Assembly (NCBI GenBank): GCA_000004985.1
Contig: GG738902.1
DNA from: Naegleria gruberi
Lineage: Eukaryota
Direction: 5' to 3' (one strand)
DNA: 64,000 nt
The position numbers and the translations under genes were made by a program. Shown piece by piece: positions 34,032 through 44,989 of the stretch; positions within the stretch are counted from its first letter, which is position 1; each line of letters begins with the position of its first letter. A model generated the notes under the pieces. It saw nothing but the letters and a program-made list of their open reading frames with translations, was not told the DNA's origin and did no database searches.

Positions 34032-34871
34032 ATGCTCAACTTTGATGAACTGGGCATTGTTATTCAATTCTTATCAATTCACGAGCTTGTTTCCTATAGG
34101 GTTGTATCTAGACAGTGGAATAAATTCATCACTCACAATAATATTCTCTGGCAACACTTTTGCAATCAGTACCTGAGGAATGATTTATTCCACTTTGATA
34201 AAGATGATGAAATTCTAAACGAACTAATGCAACAAGATGAAGATCATACATTAGATTCCGATTCAACTTTTTATTACAGATTATTTAGAAAATTATTCTT
34301 CTTTCCGAAACTAATTGCTATGAGGGAAGGCCAATATAATATTGATGAGATAAAGATCATGAGTTTACCAGAGGGATTTGAGAGATTCTTTCTTGAAGAT
34401 GAATATTCGGGGAGGGTTTCAAGATTTGGATTTATTGCCATGCTGATTAGCTGCTTGTCTGGAAAGCATCAAAACTTGGTCGAGTTGGATTACTGGAATG
34501 ATTTGATTCAGATAGGAAATTCGGATGGAAAGGTAGTTGTGATGGAGATTCCTTTGTGTTCATTGTTTGCTGCCATTCTGTTTGCTCTTCCACGGCTGAG
34601 TTCTCTGTGTGGAGATGAAATGTTTGTTCTCACACCAAAAAGATTGAAAAGGTATGAGAGATTTCCTGCTTTTTGTGATTTGTGGTATGCCTTTGAGGAT
34701 AGACCAAGGAAGAATAATATTTTGGAGTGGGATGTGGATGATGATAGAGAAATATTTCCATATTCTCTTAATGTGAGCTATTCTATTTTCAAAAAGGTCA
34801 GTTTTAGCATTGAGTTTACAAACGACTGGAAAGAGTTGAAATTGGAAGTGGGATTTTGGATTGATTACTAG
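34032..34871 (+). CDS. F-box-like protein, 279 aa
   Basis: The N-terminal LGIVIQFLSIHELVSYRVVSRQWNKFITHNNILWQHF fits an F-box. The rest of the protein is unknown. Confidence 0.5.
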   Translation: MLNFDELGIVIQFLSIHELVSYRVVSRQWNKFITHNNILWQHFCNQYLRNDLFHFDKDDEILNELMQQDEDHTLDSDSTFYYRLFRKLFFFPKLIAMREGQYNIDEIKIMSLPEGFERFFLEDEYSGRVSRFGFIAMLISCLSGKHQNLVELDYWNDLIQIGNSDGKVVVMEIPLCSLFAAILFALPRLSSLCGDEMFVLTPKRLKRYERFPAFCDLWYAFEDRPRKNNILEWDVDDDREIFPYSLNVSYSIFKKVSFSIEFTNDWKELKLEVGFWIDY

Positions 34872-34891
34872 CTCTGTGAACATAAATTGTT

Positions 34892-36865
34892 TCATGGATA
34901 CATCCTCTTGAATTCACTTTTCAATTCATCTCCCTTCTTTAAAGCTACACATTGATGAAAACAATTGTCACAATCGAGCATTGGAATGAATTTGTGTTCA
35001 AAGCGACAAAAACATTGAGCAATACATAGTAACCATTTAGGCAATCCTAAAGGATTATTCCCTCCTTCTTGGCCTTCAGCTTCATTAGAGTAGCAGCAGC
35101 AACAAGTTGCACACCAACATGAGGTAATTGCACAACAATTACACAAAGCACAAATCCTACTTAGGCAACACAATCTTCTATAATTACTATCCATCACACC
35201 AACTGCAGTTAATTCAGTCATATTTTCATTTGGAGATGTATCTTCCTTAACTTGCCCTATTAAAACACTTGGAAAAGAGGGGAAACTAAAAAGGTGATGA
35301 TCAAAAATTGCTCGCTCTCTTTTGAATGTAATCTTTTCAAAATCAACCTTAATTGACTCAGAATCGTTCGCTATGGAAAATAATTCATTTCTATGATCAA
35401 TTTTGAATTTCTCAAAGAATTCTTGCCTCTTTTCATCGGATAGTAATAAATCAGAATTGTAAATGTGCTTGAAAAACTGTTTGATGAATTGTACTCTCTG
35501 CTTATCATTCATTGTTTCTAATGAGGCATAGATGAGAAATTCAGGAATTATACCTCCATTAATTTTAAAATATCTATGTGTGTTGAGATGAGGAAATTTA
35601 ACACTACCTCTCAAAAGTCCATCCCTGTATTTCTTGATAATATTGTTTCGAACTGTAAGGTAATAGTAAACGTCTTCTCTGTCCATTAGTTTGATATCAT
35701 TTACAATACTTTTGGAATATAATTGCGTCAAGTCTATTGAGAATTCGTCCATTCTTGGTATTATCTTGTGTCTTAATAAGTAGTATGCAATTATAAGAGA
35801 GTTGTTTCGGTAAGTTTCAATATGACTCATAAACTTGTATAATTTCCTGTGTTCATTGCATATAGATCCCACGTACAAATTAATTTCATCTCGTACTGTC
35901 TCTGAAATGAAAAAACCTTTCCTTCTCCTCTTAGTACAGAATATGGTTGATTCTGTGCTAATTCTGTCTGATCGATCTGGTCCATTTGAATCCTCAAATC
36001 TCAAATGGAGTATCACTTTTTTAGTCAATCTACATGGATTTACCTTCATATCTTTATCCATGAACGGTTGAGATTTCCAATTTTCATATAAATTAATTAA
36101 TGAAATATGTTTCTTAAGCTTTTTCTCCTGATCCTCTGCATTTTTCACCACATGAAATAGCTTGTAAGCTTCCTCATCTGATGGTCTAGCATTAACTGTT
36201 GCCAAATAACTATACAAGTTCTCGTTCTTTGGAACGGCAACCTCCCTATGTATCACCTTCTCCATATCTTCCAACAATTCACTTCCCATCTCAAAATCAA
36301 TCTCAATTTCCGAATCAGATATCTTTCTAAATGAACTGCCAAATATCGTATTAAAAGCACGACAGTAAAACTCCACAACAGATGGCTTTCTATCTTCCAG
36401 AATATCCTCCTGAGTGAAATCTGATACAAATACTTTTGGTGCATCTTGAAATGGAACGAAAATATGAAAGAACAATCGTGGCATGTATGCTTCTTCAATT
36501 CTATGCAATAATGATGTACTTCTAATCGATTCCTTGACACTTTTCGATATTGATTCCTTCGTTGAGGGATTATCCATGATTCCCGAACCTTCCATTAGTG
36601 AATTCCACGTTCTGCAGCATGCCTTGAGCGATTGCATTTCATAACTTGCCCTATTGGGACAATATGATAATATATTCTCCAAGGAATCATGATCTAAATT
36701 AGTAATATTATTAGCATTGCTTGATTTTTTCACAATTAATTGATGATGAATGTCCTCTTCGTGATTGCTAATAATCGGAGGAATAGTAGCAGTTGCTTCA
36801 ATCTCTTCTTCTTGTTTGTGATGATTGTTTGGAGAGAGTTCGTCCAAGAGAACGTTTTCTTCCAT
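34892..36865 (-). CDS. Hypothetical 657-aa protein with an extremely Cys-rich C-terminal tail
   Basis: A long ORF. The last ~90 aa contain about 25 Cys (CCLSRICALCNCCAITSCWCATCCCCY...CIAQCFCRF...CDNCFHQC). Its stop lies 20 bp from the stop of the convergent gene. Confidence 0.5.
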   Translation of the reverse strand: MEENVLLDELSPNNHHKQEEEIEATATIPPIISNHEEDIHHQLIVKKSSNANNITNLDHDSLENILSYCPNRASYEMQSLKACCRTWNSLMEGSGIMDNPSTKESISKSVKESIRSTSLLHRIEEAYMPRLFFHIFVPFQDAPKVFVSDFTQEDILEDRKPSVVEFYCRAFNTIFGSSFRKISDSEIEIDFEMGSELLEDMEKVIHREVAVPKNENLYSYLATVNARPSDEEAYKLFHVVKNAEDQEKKLKKHISLINLYENWKSQPFMDKDMKVNPCRLTKKVILHLRFEDSNGPDRSDRISTESTIFCTKRRRKGFFISETVRDEINLYVGSICNEHRKLYKFMSHIETYRNNSLIIAYYLLRHKIIPRMDEFSIDLTQLYSKSIVNDIKLMDREDVYYYLTVRNNIIKKYRDGLLRGSVKFPHLNTHRYFKINGGIIPEFLIYASLETMNDKQRVQFIKQFFKHIYNSDLLLSDEKRQEFFEKFKIDHRNELFSIANDSESIKVDFEKITFKRERAIFDHHLFSFPSFPSVLIGQVKEDTSPNENMTELTAVGVMDSNYRRLCCLSRICALCNCCAITSCWCATCCCCYSNEAEGQEGGNNPLGLPKWLLCIAQCFCRFEHKFIPMLDCDNCFHQCVALKKGDELKSEFKRMYP

Positions 36866-36941
36866 TTTTTAAAGATCCAAACAAAGAACATGCAAGATGT
36901 TCTGTGATGTGGTGTGAAAATTTACTACAGAGCTCTTCGAT

Positions 36942-37976
36942 CTAGTTGAGAGAAGGATTGATGTGAAAAAGTTTGGCTTGTTGGGATTTGTCATTCTCTG
37001 AGAAGGTTTGTAATAGTCTGAGTTTCCATGGGATTGGCTCGCCACCCAATTGATAATCTTTCAATTCTTGTAGGGAACGAGTGGAGGAAGGTGGCGTCCT
37101 TCCTTTAGTGAGGATTTTGGAAATGTTGATATATTCAGTTTGGTCAATTGAATTTTCCTTTGATAATCCAGACAAGACGCCATGAAAGTAGAGATTAATT
37201 TCAGAGAGGAAGTTAATGTACTGATTTCTTTCCTCATTTGAGCCATATCTCCATTGATCGAGTTGTGAAACAGTTGATTCTGAAAGTATTTGAAAAGCAC
37301 ATTGAATATCCCCGTTAGAAAATTGAAACCTCTGAACCACTGTATATAAGAAATTATCCAAGAAGGCATTCGATTCCTGATACAATGCAACCATTGAATT
37401 AAAATCACACACCAAACCCATATCTAAAATGGTTGCCAAATCCAACAATTTAATTCCTCTCACTGACACTGATCCAAATATCGATGTTGGAACATTTGGT
37501 ATTCCAATATTTCCACAACTATTCTTTCCACTCGCTATTGATATTTTAAAAACAATTCTTGGCACACCTTCACCTTGTCTTTCACTCAAAAAGGAAATGG
37601 CCTCAATCTCTGCCTTAATTTTCAAAGCATTCTTCATAATATTATTCATTCTCTGATGTTTATACATTATCTGACAATACAATTGAGGAATTGATGATAT
37701 TGAGACTTGTCCCTCATCTTCCTCTCCAAGCTTTCTAATCTTTTCAAAAAGTTTACTTGTAATATACTCAACAAAGTCATCGGGAATCTCATGAATATTA
37801 CCGAATTGTATAATTACTAGAGTCATTATTTGTGTTCGGATGGGTTCTCTATCGAGAATACTACTACTCGGAGGAGATGAAGGCTTTGAATTATTAGTAT
37901 TTGATGAAGAAGCCTTCTTTACGGAAACTTGATTGGAATGTTTATCCTTTTTACCAAATAAACCACATAGAACCAT
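36942..37976 (-). CDS. Hypothetical protein, 344 aa
   Basis: A long ORF with a Ser/Asn-rich N-terminus and no recognisable domain. Confidence 0.45.
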   Translation of the reverse strand: MVLCGLFGKKDKHSNQVSVKKASSSNTNNSKPSSPPSSSILDREPIRTQIMTLVIIQFGNIHEIPDDFVEYITSKLFEKIRKLGEEDEGQVSISSIPQLYCQIMYKHQRMNNIMKNALKIKAEIEAISFLSERQGEGVPRIVFKISIASGKNSCGNIGIPNVPTSIFGSVSVRGIKLLDLATILDMGLVCDFNSMVALYQESNAFLDNFLYTVVQRFQFSNGDIQCAFQILSESTVSQLDQWRYGSNEERNQYINFLSEINLYFHGVLSGLSKENSIDQTEYINISKILTKGRTPPSSTRSLQELKDYQLGGEPIPWKLRLLQTFSENDKSQQAKLFHINPSLN

Positions 37977-38245
37977 CTTTCAATCTCTTTTTACTTAGAA
38001 TTTGAATTTTACTAATAATTAATATTAATGTTATCGAAAATTAATTTCAAATGGAAGGAATTTAATTCGATTTTTTGTGATGAAAGAGATACACTGCTCT
38101 TTGTTCTTTCATGATTCTTTGTAATTCGGAACCACTAATTATACGAGTCGCCGAAACATAAAGGTTCATATCACATTATTTTTTTTAATTTTATTTTTAA
38201 TTATTTAAAACAATCGTTTATGGCGGGAATTTATTCAATAATTTA

Positions 38246-39246
38246 TTAATACAGATAAGGTAACATGTACTGAACTACCAATTGTTCACTTTCAATCCAT
38301 AACATGTGATTAATACCGGGAACAACATGAACGATCAATCTTTTCTGAGAATCCAATGTCTTTAATCCAAAAACATCGTTCTTATAAATTTGTTGATCTG
38401 GCATGAGTGATTGTGCTAATTGATTTTGATTATTCAATGCGTAAAATCCAAATAATGCAGAGTAGTAAGGTTTGATAACTTCATCATCTGGACTTGTTGT
38501 CAAAACCATCTTGTCAATTTGAAGGAAATTGGAACGGAATTGATATTTACTGGCATAGTCATGAATTAAGGAATCATTATTCACAACTGCTAGAAATTGA
38601 CTGTTTTGTCTATATTCATCATAGTGGAATGGCTAAATAATTCCAAAATTTCCAATAATTCAATTTTTTTACAATACAAATAAGAATTTTGTAATGATAA
38701 GATTTACAATGTTCAACCTACATCTTTCCAATAACCGGCAACTGACATGGTCTTTTGAAAGAAATCTGTATAAAAGAAATGGAATGCTTCCTCTTTTGTT
38801 AAATTCCAAAGAAATGGAAAGTTCTTTTTCCATTCTTGTTCCCAGCTCAAAATTCCAGGAATTCCAAATTGACCATTTTGAACACCAGATAAACTGATAA
38901 ATACCTTAACTCCATGATTAGGATATAATTGAATAAATGATCTACAAATCAATCCACCTTGTGAATGGCAAATCAAATGATAATTCTTGAAATTGTAAAG
39001 ATTTTGTAATTCTTGAACTTTGGAAGCAAAATCTTCAACTTGATCCATCATATTCATTAAGAGTGATGTTTCAGTATTGGTGCTAGGTACTGAATAGATG
39101 AGAGTCCCTTGAGGAACATACTTTGCAAGATACTTTTTGACATCTGACATTGAATTATTATCAGCAGTAACACCATGCATCAAAAGAATCGGAAGAAAAG
39201 GTCCTTTGACATCTAAATGATGTTTTTTGTTCTTCCCTCCTGTCAT
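38246..39246 (-). CDS. Palmitoyl-protein thioesterase (PPT1-like), two exons: complement(join(38246..38632,38722..39246)), about 303 aa
   Basis: Motifs PILLMHG and ICHSQGG (PPT GxSxG FSQGG) are present. The junction YWKD|PFHYDEYRQNSQFL matches human YWHDPIKEDVYRNHSIFL across an 89-nt GTAGGT...AG intron. Confidence 0.85.
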
Positions 39247-39576
39247 ATGATCTTATAGAAATTTGTGATGACAAGACATTGACAGTTAATAAAGAAACAA
39301 TAAACACTAAACAATAAACAGTTAATCTCGTGACTTCTCTCCCGTTGTTGTTGAAGAGTTTCATCTTTTTTTTCTGATGTTTTTTGTAATTTCAAGAGCA
39401 GAATCCGAATTGTGAAATTTCAAGGGATTCTTCTGCCGAATCTCAATTATCCACACACAAGTTCACTATCCTGTTTCCACCTTTTTAACAGTTACGGATA
39501 ATCATCTCCTAAATCCAATGAAGAAATTACAAAATTTTCTTCCTTTCAAAATCACAAAATTACAAAGTTTAAAAAA

Positions 39577-40368
39577 ATGAAAAATCCTCAACGACTCTGC
39601 ACCACTTGCCTTGAAGAAGAGAATGAGGAGTTGCTGGCTACTCATTCATGTTCGACATGTTCATTGAAAGATCTTTGCTCATATCATGCTAAAAAACATG
39701 AGAGAAATTTGCATCAAATTATTCAATTAATTCCCGGAATGATTGGAGGAGGAGTAGATGGTGAGGAGAAGGCTCCATTTTGTAAGGATCATTTCATTCC
39801 GATTAATTGTTATTGTAGTGATTGCAATGTTTTAATTTGTTCAACTTGTATTGTGAGTGGTGGACATTTAACTCATGGAATTTCATTGATTTCGGAAGTT
39901 GTTATGAAGGAAAGGAAGATTATAGGGGAAGAATTGGAGAGATTTATAAATCGGGTGGAGGAATGGAGAAGTATTCATCAAATGGAAGAAAATCATCTTT
40001 TGGCAGAAATTGAAAAAGTAAAAACGAAAGGAAAAGAATTGGAAAAACAAATTCATTTAAAATTTGATGAATTACACAATAATTTGACGAGTAGGAAACA
40101 GGAGTTGATAACTCAAGTTTACTCAGTAGTAGAGAGACAGTGTGCAATTGTAAATTATGTTAAGAAAAATGTTAATGTGGAAGAATTGAAGCAAGAATTT
40201 AAAGATTTGTTAATTATGGATGGATATACAATGATGGAAAAGAAAACTAGAGTTTTGAAAAAGTCAATTGCTGATTTCGATCTCTTATTGGATCAATTAT
40301 TGCATCATGTTAGCTTGGAATGTCTTGATAATTTTACAATTCGAAATATTGACACGGATGATATATAA
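39577..40368 (+). CDS. B-box zinc-finger / coiled-coil (TRIM-like, RING-less) protein
   Basis: Two B-box-like Cys/His clusters are present (CTTC...HSCSTC...CSYH; CKDHFIPINCYCSDCNVLICSTCIVSGGHLTH), followed by about 130 aa of predicted coiled coil. Confidence 0.65.
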   Translation: MKNPQRLCTTCLEEENEELLATHSCSTCSLKDLCSYHAKKHERNLHQIIQLIPGMIGGGVDGEEKAPFCKDHFIPINCYCSDCNVLICSTCIVSGGHLTHGISLISEVVMKERKIIGEELERFINRVEEWRSIHQMEENHLLAEIEKVKTKGKELEKQIHLKFDELHNNLTSRKQELITQVYSVVERQCAIVNYVKKNVNVEELKQEFKDLLIMDGYTMMEKKTRVLKKSIADFDLLLDQLLHHVSLECLDNFTIRNIDTDDI

Positions 40369-40729
40369 TTAAGAATTGCAACTCTGGGACAAATAGCTGT
40401 TGAAAAGGATGATGATGAACAAGACATCAAGATTGAGTAGTGACTCTTTTCTGAAAATATAGATACAGTCCCATTCACTTTTCCACACAGTAATGCCTGG
40501 TTGATATGAATTTCAAAAATTAGATTCCAAAATAGAGTAATCATGTTTTTGTGATTGTTCCTCCAAACATTTACCCACAGAAAAATGATTACGTGTTTTG
40601 ATTCAATTAACTTAGGATTATCATTTTGTATTTAAGGAATTTAACAGCTGCAGGTTATCTATATGGATTCTATATATTAGATTTTGATCATTTTTTGCCA
40701 GTTTTTATGATTTTACATATTTTAGTTTG

Positions 40730-42090
40730 TTATCTCAATATATATATATATTTCAAATGGAAACCCCACTTATTAATTAGTAGCTTAATTTTTTTTTTGT
40801 TATAAATGGAGAAAAACCTAAATTATTGATCAATAGGAGTTGCTTAATGACTACTAAAACAGAAAAATTGTTCAAGATGAATAGAAACAATATCAGACTC
40901 GTATCATTTCGTTCTGTTGGTAATCTGTTGAAATACCTTTTACTCCTTAAACACAAAGAAGAACAATTCTTGGAGTTTTTTTGCAAACTTTCCCTTACTG
41001 TAGTGCCATAAAAATTGAACATTCAAATATATATATATATTGATAAAAATAGAACTCGTTACTAATTTCACAACACAACACCCCATAAATTGGATAGTTG
41101 TAATTTTCTAATATATATATATAACAGAATTATTACAATATTCGCCTTTTTTAAGGTGTTCTATTTGTTTTCTATCTAGTAATTTAACTTTAATGTGGTA
41201 TGTTTTGCTTTTCAAAGAGAAAATCTTACTAAATAATCTTGAATGTAATCTCTCCTGTTTCTTTTCACCCTTATTGAATAATATTTTCTTGATTGCTCTC
41301 CTTTTATGAGAAGAAGTTTGGGTAACCTAATATATATTTTCATTTATTTAACATGGCTAAAAAAAATACAATAAATTTCAATTTCTGCATTAATTGGATT
41401 GTAGAGGGTCAATATTTACTGAGGGTGTTGAAGGCTTACCTTTACAGGAAGTTTGTACAACAAGATTTATTGTTCTCTCCTAAAAAACCTGTAATGGGAT
41501 GTTTGAAAATCGTTGACAAGAACGTTTGTACGTTTTTAATTATTGATAGAGAATGCTGCTTACCAAGATGTAAGTAGTACATGTTGAACAGCATTGAAAA
41601 CAATACAACTGAGTGCATTGTGATATGTTGATATCACCAAATCGGTATCACTATTTTAGGGTGTTGTTCAAAGAGGAAATACTTTTTCTGAAAAACAGTA
41701 CATTTAAACTCTTTCGTAGTTTGTTATATATATATATATTACAAAAAGTTCTCCTATTCCTAAATACTTACTTGTTGTTTTTTTGTAAGTTTTGATCCTC
41801 TTCAAGTCAGATTGAATTAGTCCAATTATTGTTTAAATAAACAAGATTATCTGCTGAAATTCCTGAAATCGGAATTCATTAAACTGATTTTGTCATAATG
41901 CATGTTGTTGAAAATATTTCAATTTAATAATCTTTAAATATTGATTAAGAAAGGAAACCAGTAAATTTATCTTTAAATAATATATTAGTTTCTTTATGGA
42001 AAGGTATGAGTTTTCGTGGTTATTTCAGTGATCAAATTATCTTTATTTAGCTTCCTTATTACCTTTTGTTCTAATATATATATATATTTC
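40730..42090. repeat. Cluster of six (TA)4-8 microsatellites in a 2-kb gene-poor AT-rich spacer
   Basis: (TA)n tracts lie at about 40741, 41029, 41111, 41330, 41733 and 42074. Several share flanks (TTCTAATATATATATA; ATATATATTTCAAA). No (TA)n of at least 5 was seen outside this interval. Confidence 0.6.
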
Positions 42091-42397
42091 AAAATAAATC
42101 AAGAGTATACATTTTTCGCAAAGTTTAATCTCTTGATAGTTAGTAATCTGAAAGGGAATCTTCACCTATTTATCTCTCAGTTTTCATAAAGAAAAATATA
42201 TAAAACAAAATGATAATCCTAAGATTAATTGGTCAACCAGACAATTTTATACAAAGTTTTGATTTTTACAATTTTCAACTGACAAGAGAAAATAAAATCT
42301 AATAAAATCAACAAAATTGCAAATCTTCTTCATTTATTCCTCGATATTTTCCAATTATGACAATTATTTAATAAATTAGTTTAATCATTACAAAAAA

Positions 42398-43961
42398 ATG
42401 GCACAACATAATTCTTCATCCTCTCCGATCACTGCTTCAAACAATGACCATCAGCAACGAATTCTCAGCAATAATAATAATAATAAGGAAAAGGAAGAAT
42501 TGGGAGAAGATGAAATTTCGATTCCGATCATGGCAACAAACAATGATCAATTAAATAATAAGAATGTAGAAAATGTAATTATTAATAATAATGAAGAAGA
42601 AGAGGATGATCCGATAAGTAATATTGAGGAAAATGTTGAAGAGAAAGGACTTTTACAAGAAACAAGCACGGAACAATCAACAACAGGTTTAACAAGAGGA
42701 AATATTCTTCTCATTTTGCAATATATAGTTTTGTATTTTACCTCGAGTATAGTATTGACGAGTTTTATTAAATTTACTGTCTCGTATAGTAATTTTAGGT
42801 TTCCATTGACGTTCCTAACTCTGCAGATGGGATTGAACACAATTGTTTGTGGAATTATCTCGTTTTTCATTATTAAGAGGAGAGTGACTAGTGTGGCGTT
42901 TGTGAATAGATCGGAGGAAGAGGGAATGTCTGGTGTATCAGCTGTTCCAAATAATAAGGAAATTTACTCACATTTATTCAATTGGAATTCATTCAAATCA
43001 TTGGCACCTTTTGGTGTTCTGACTGGTTTTGACTATGCATGCTCAACTCTTGGTTTGAAATTTATTACCATCTCGCTGTATACAATGCTGAAATCTTCCG
43101 TTCCTGTATTTGTAATGATTATTTCATTTATTTGCAAAATGGAAAAAGTGAAATTTATTTTAATTATTTCAATAGTTTTGATTTCAATTGGAGTTGGAAT
43201 GACATCGAAGGGTACAATTCATTTTGATATTATTGGATTTGTACTAGTAATGGTTGCTGTTGTTTTTACTGCACTACGTAAGTTGTTCAACTTGAAAATC
43301 TCATTCATCATTTTTAGGTCTTGTGATTGCACAATATGTTTTACAACGTAGTAATACTCAAATTATCTACACAAGATTGAGCTCTGCAGAGTCTTTGGAC
43401 TCTCCAACCATTGGAAATCCAAGTACTCCTACGGCTCAACCTTCAACTGCTGCAGCAAGTATTGAAACTGGACAAACATTTGAGTATTTCTATGCCAGGG
43501 ATAGTGGAGAGCAATTCAGAGCTTCTAAAGTAGAAATTTCATCTGTGCAAATCTTCTTCTATACTGCACCTGTCATTGCCCTAACTGTGTTACCAATTGC
43601 TCTCATATTGGAATTGAATTCAATTATATCTGTTTTTTCCAATCTGCAACAAGCAGTCGATGCAACTCACAGTATTCACATGTTGAGATTCCTCTTCATT
43701 TTGAAATTTGTTGCAATGGTATTTGTTGGATCAATGTTAGGTATAATATTGAATGTGAGTGAATTTCTCCTCATCAAACAAACATCATCACTCACTCTCA
43801 CAGTCCTCTCAATCTTTAAAGAATTGCTAATGATTGCCATTGCAGTAATGATATTTGGTGATCATATTGGAGTGTTGGGCTACATTGGATATGGACTCTG
43901 TTTAATAGGCCTAATCATTTACAAGGTCCACCGATTTCTAGATTCTAAATCTTCACATTAG
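42398..43961 (+). CDS. Triose-phosphate/nucleotide-sugar transporter family (SLC35-like) protein, two exons: join(42398..43277,43318..43961)
   Basis: A ~95-aa low-complexity N-terminus is followed by about 9-10 TM helices with TPT-family spacing. A 40-nt GTAAGT...TTTTTAG intron restores the frame (TALR|LVIAQYVLQ). Confidence 0.7.
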
Positions 43962-44218
43962 ACTGTTCAATTCTATCATCTTCTAACATATTCATCGAAA
44001 GTGAGCTATTGTGACTTTATAAACTTCATTTCTGTGTGCAATAGTTAAATTGTTTTTGTTTTCATAAAATCCATATTAACATGTGCCGATTCCATTTGCA
44101 CTTCAAAATAAATTTCCAAATTGCGGACATTAAGGGTAACCTTGTAATTTTTGCTGAAATCCCACTAATAGAAGAAGTAAAAAGGAAGATAATTGAAGAA
44201 AAAAAATTGATAATCAAA

Positions 44219-44737
44219 ATGAGCGGTGAAAAGGACGTTATGATTGCCTACTTGTTGTGGTTCTTTGTGGGTATGCTTGGTATTCATAGGTATGTGGATA
44301 GTGTTTGTTGCATTATTAATTGTGTCCCGTATGATTTTTTATATTGTTGTTATTGATGATGATCAAATTGATAATGTTGATGGTATGATGCTGATCATTT
44401 TGTGTAGATTCTACTTGGATTCACCAGTGATGGGTATTGTTTACTTCTTAACCGGTGGTTTATGTGGTGTAAGTTTATAATATTATTAGTACATATTAAC
44501 ATGTTTAATTTATCTTTATTAATTTTGATCATCTTCACATCTAATATTTAGATCGGTTGGTTAATTGATATCTGTTTAATTCCGGGTATGGTTGAAGATT
44601 GCAATAGACAATTCTCTACCATTCATCACACTACCACCACTACCTATGTTACTACTTCACCAACTCCTCAACAACCAATGTATGGTTCAGGCTACAGTCA
44701 ACCAACTGTTTATCAACAACCAACTACCTATGTTTAA
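44219..44737 (+). CDS. TM2-domain protein, three exons: join(44219..44289,44408..44468,44552..44737), about 105 aa
   Basis: The TM2 signature is split over exons: AYLLWFFVGMLGIHR|FYLDSPVMGIVYFLTGGLCG|IGWLIDICLIPGM. GTATGT and GTAAGT donors and AG acceptors are at the stated positions. The C-terminus is a Thr/Gln/Tyr-rich tail. Confidence 0.65.
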
Positions 44738-44989
44738 ATAACATGAAGCATCATTCTAACAATTCATTAATAACAACAAATATTTGGCTTATTAGAGTTT
44801 CATCTAATTTTCCAAAAATTGCAATAATAAAAAAACAAATCTATTTATTAAATCGATAATTATTTGACCATCTAATTCAAATTACCAGTAGTATCCGGTC
44901 AACATTCTTCACTTATCATTCGAATCTATTAATTGATCAAACCAATTAAATAATTAATAAATTGCCAATCATCAATATTATATTAAAAA

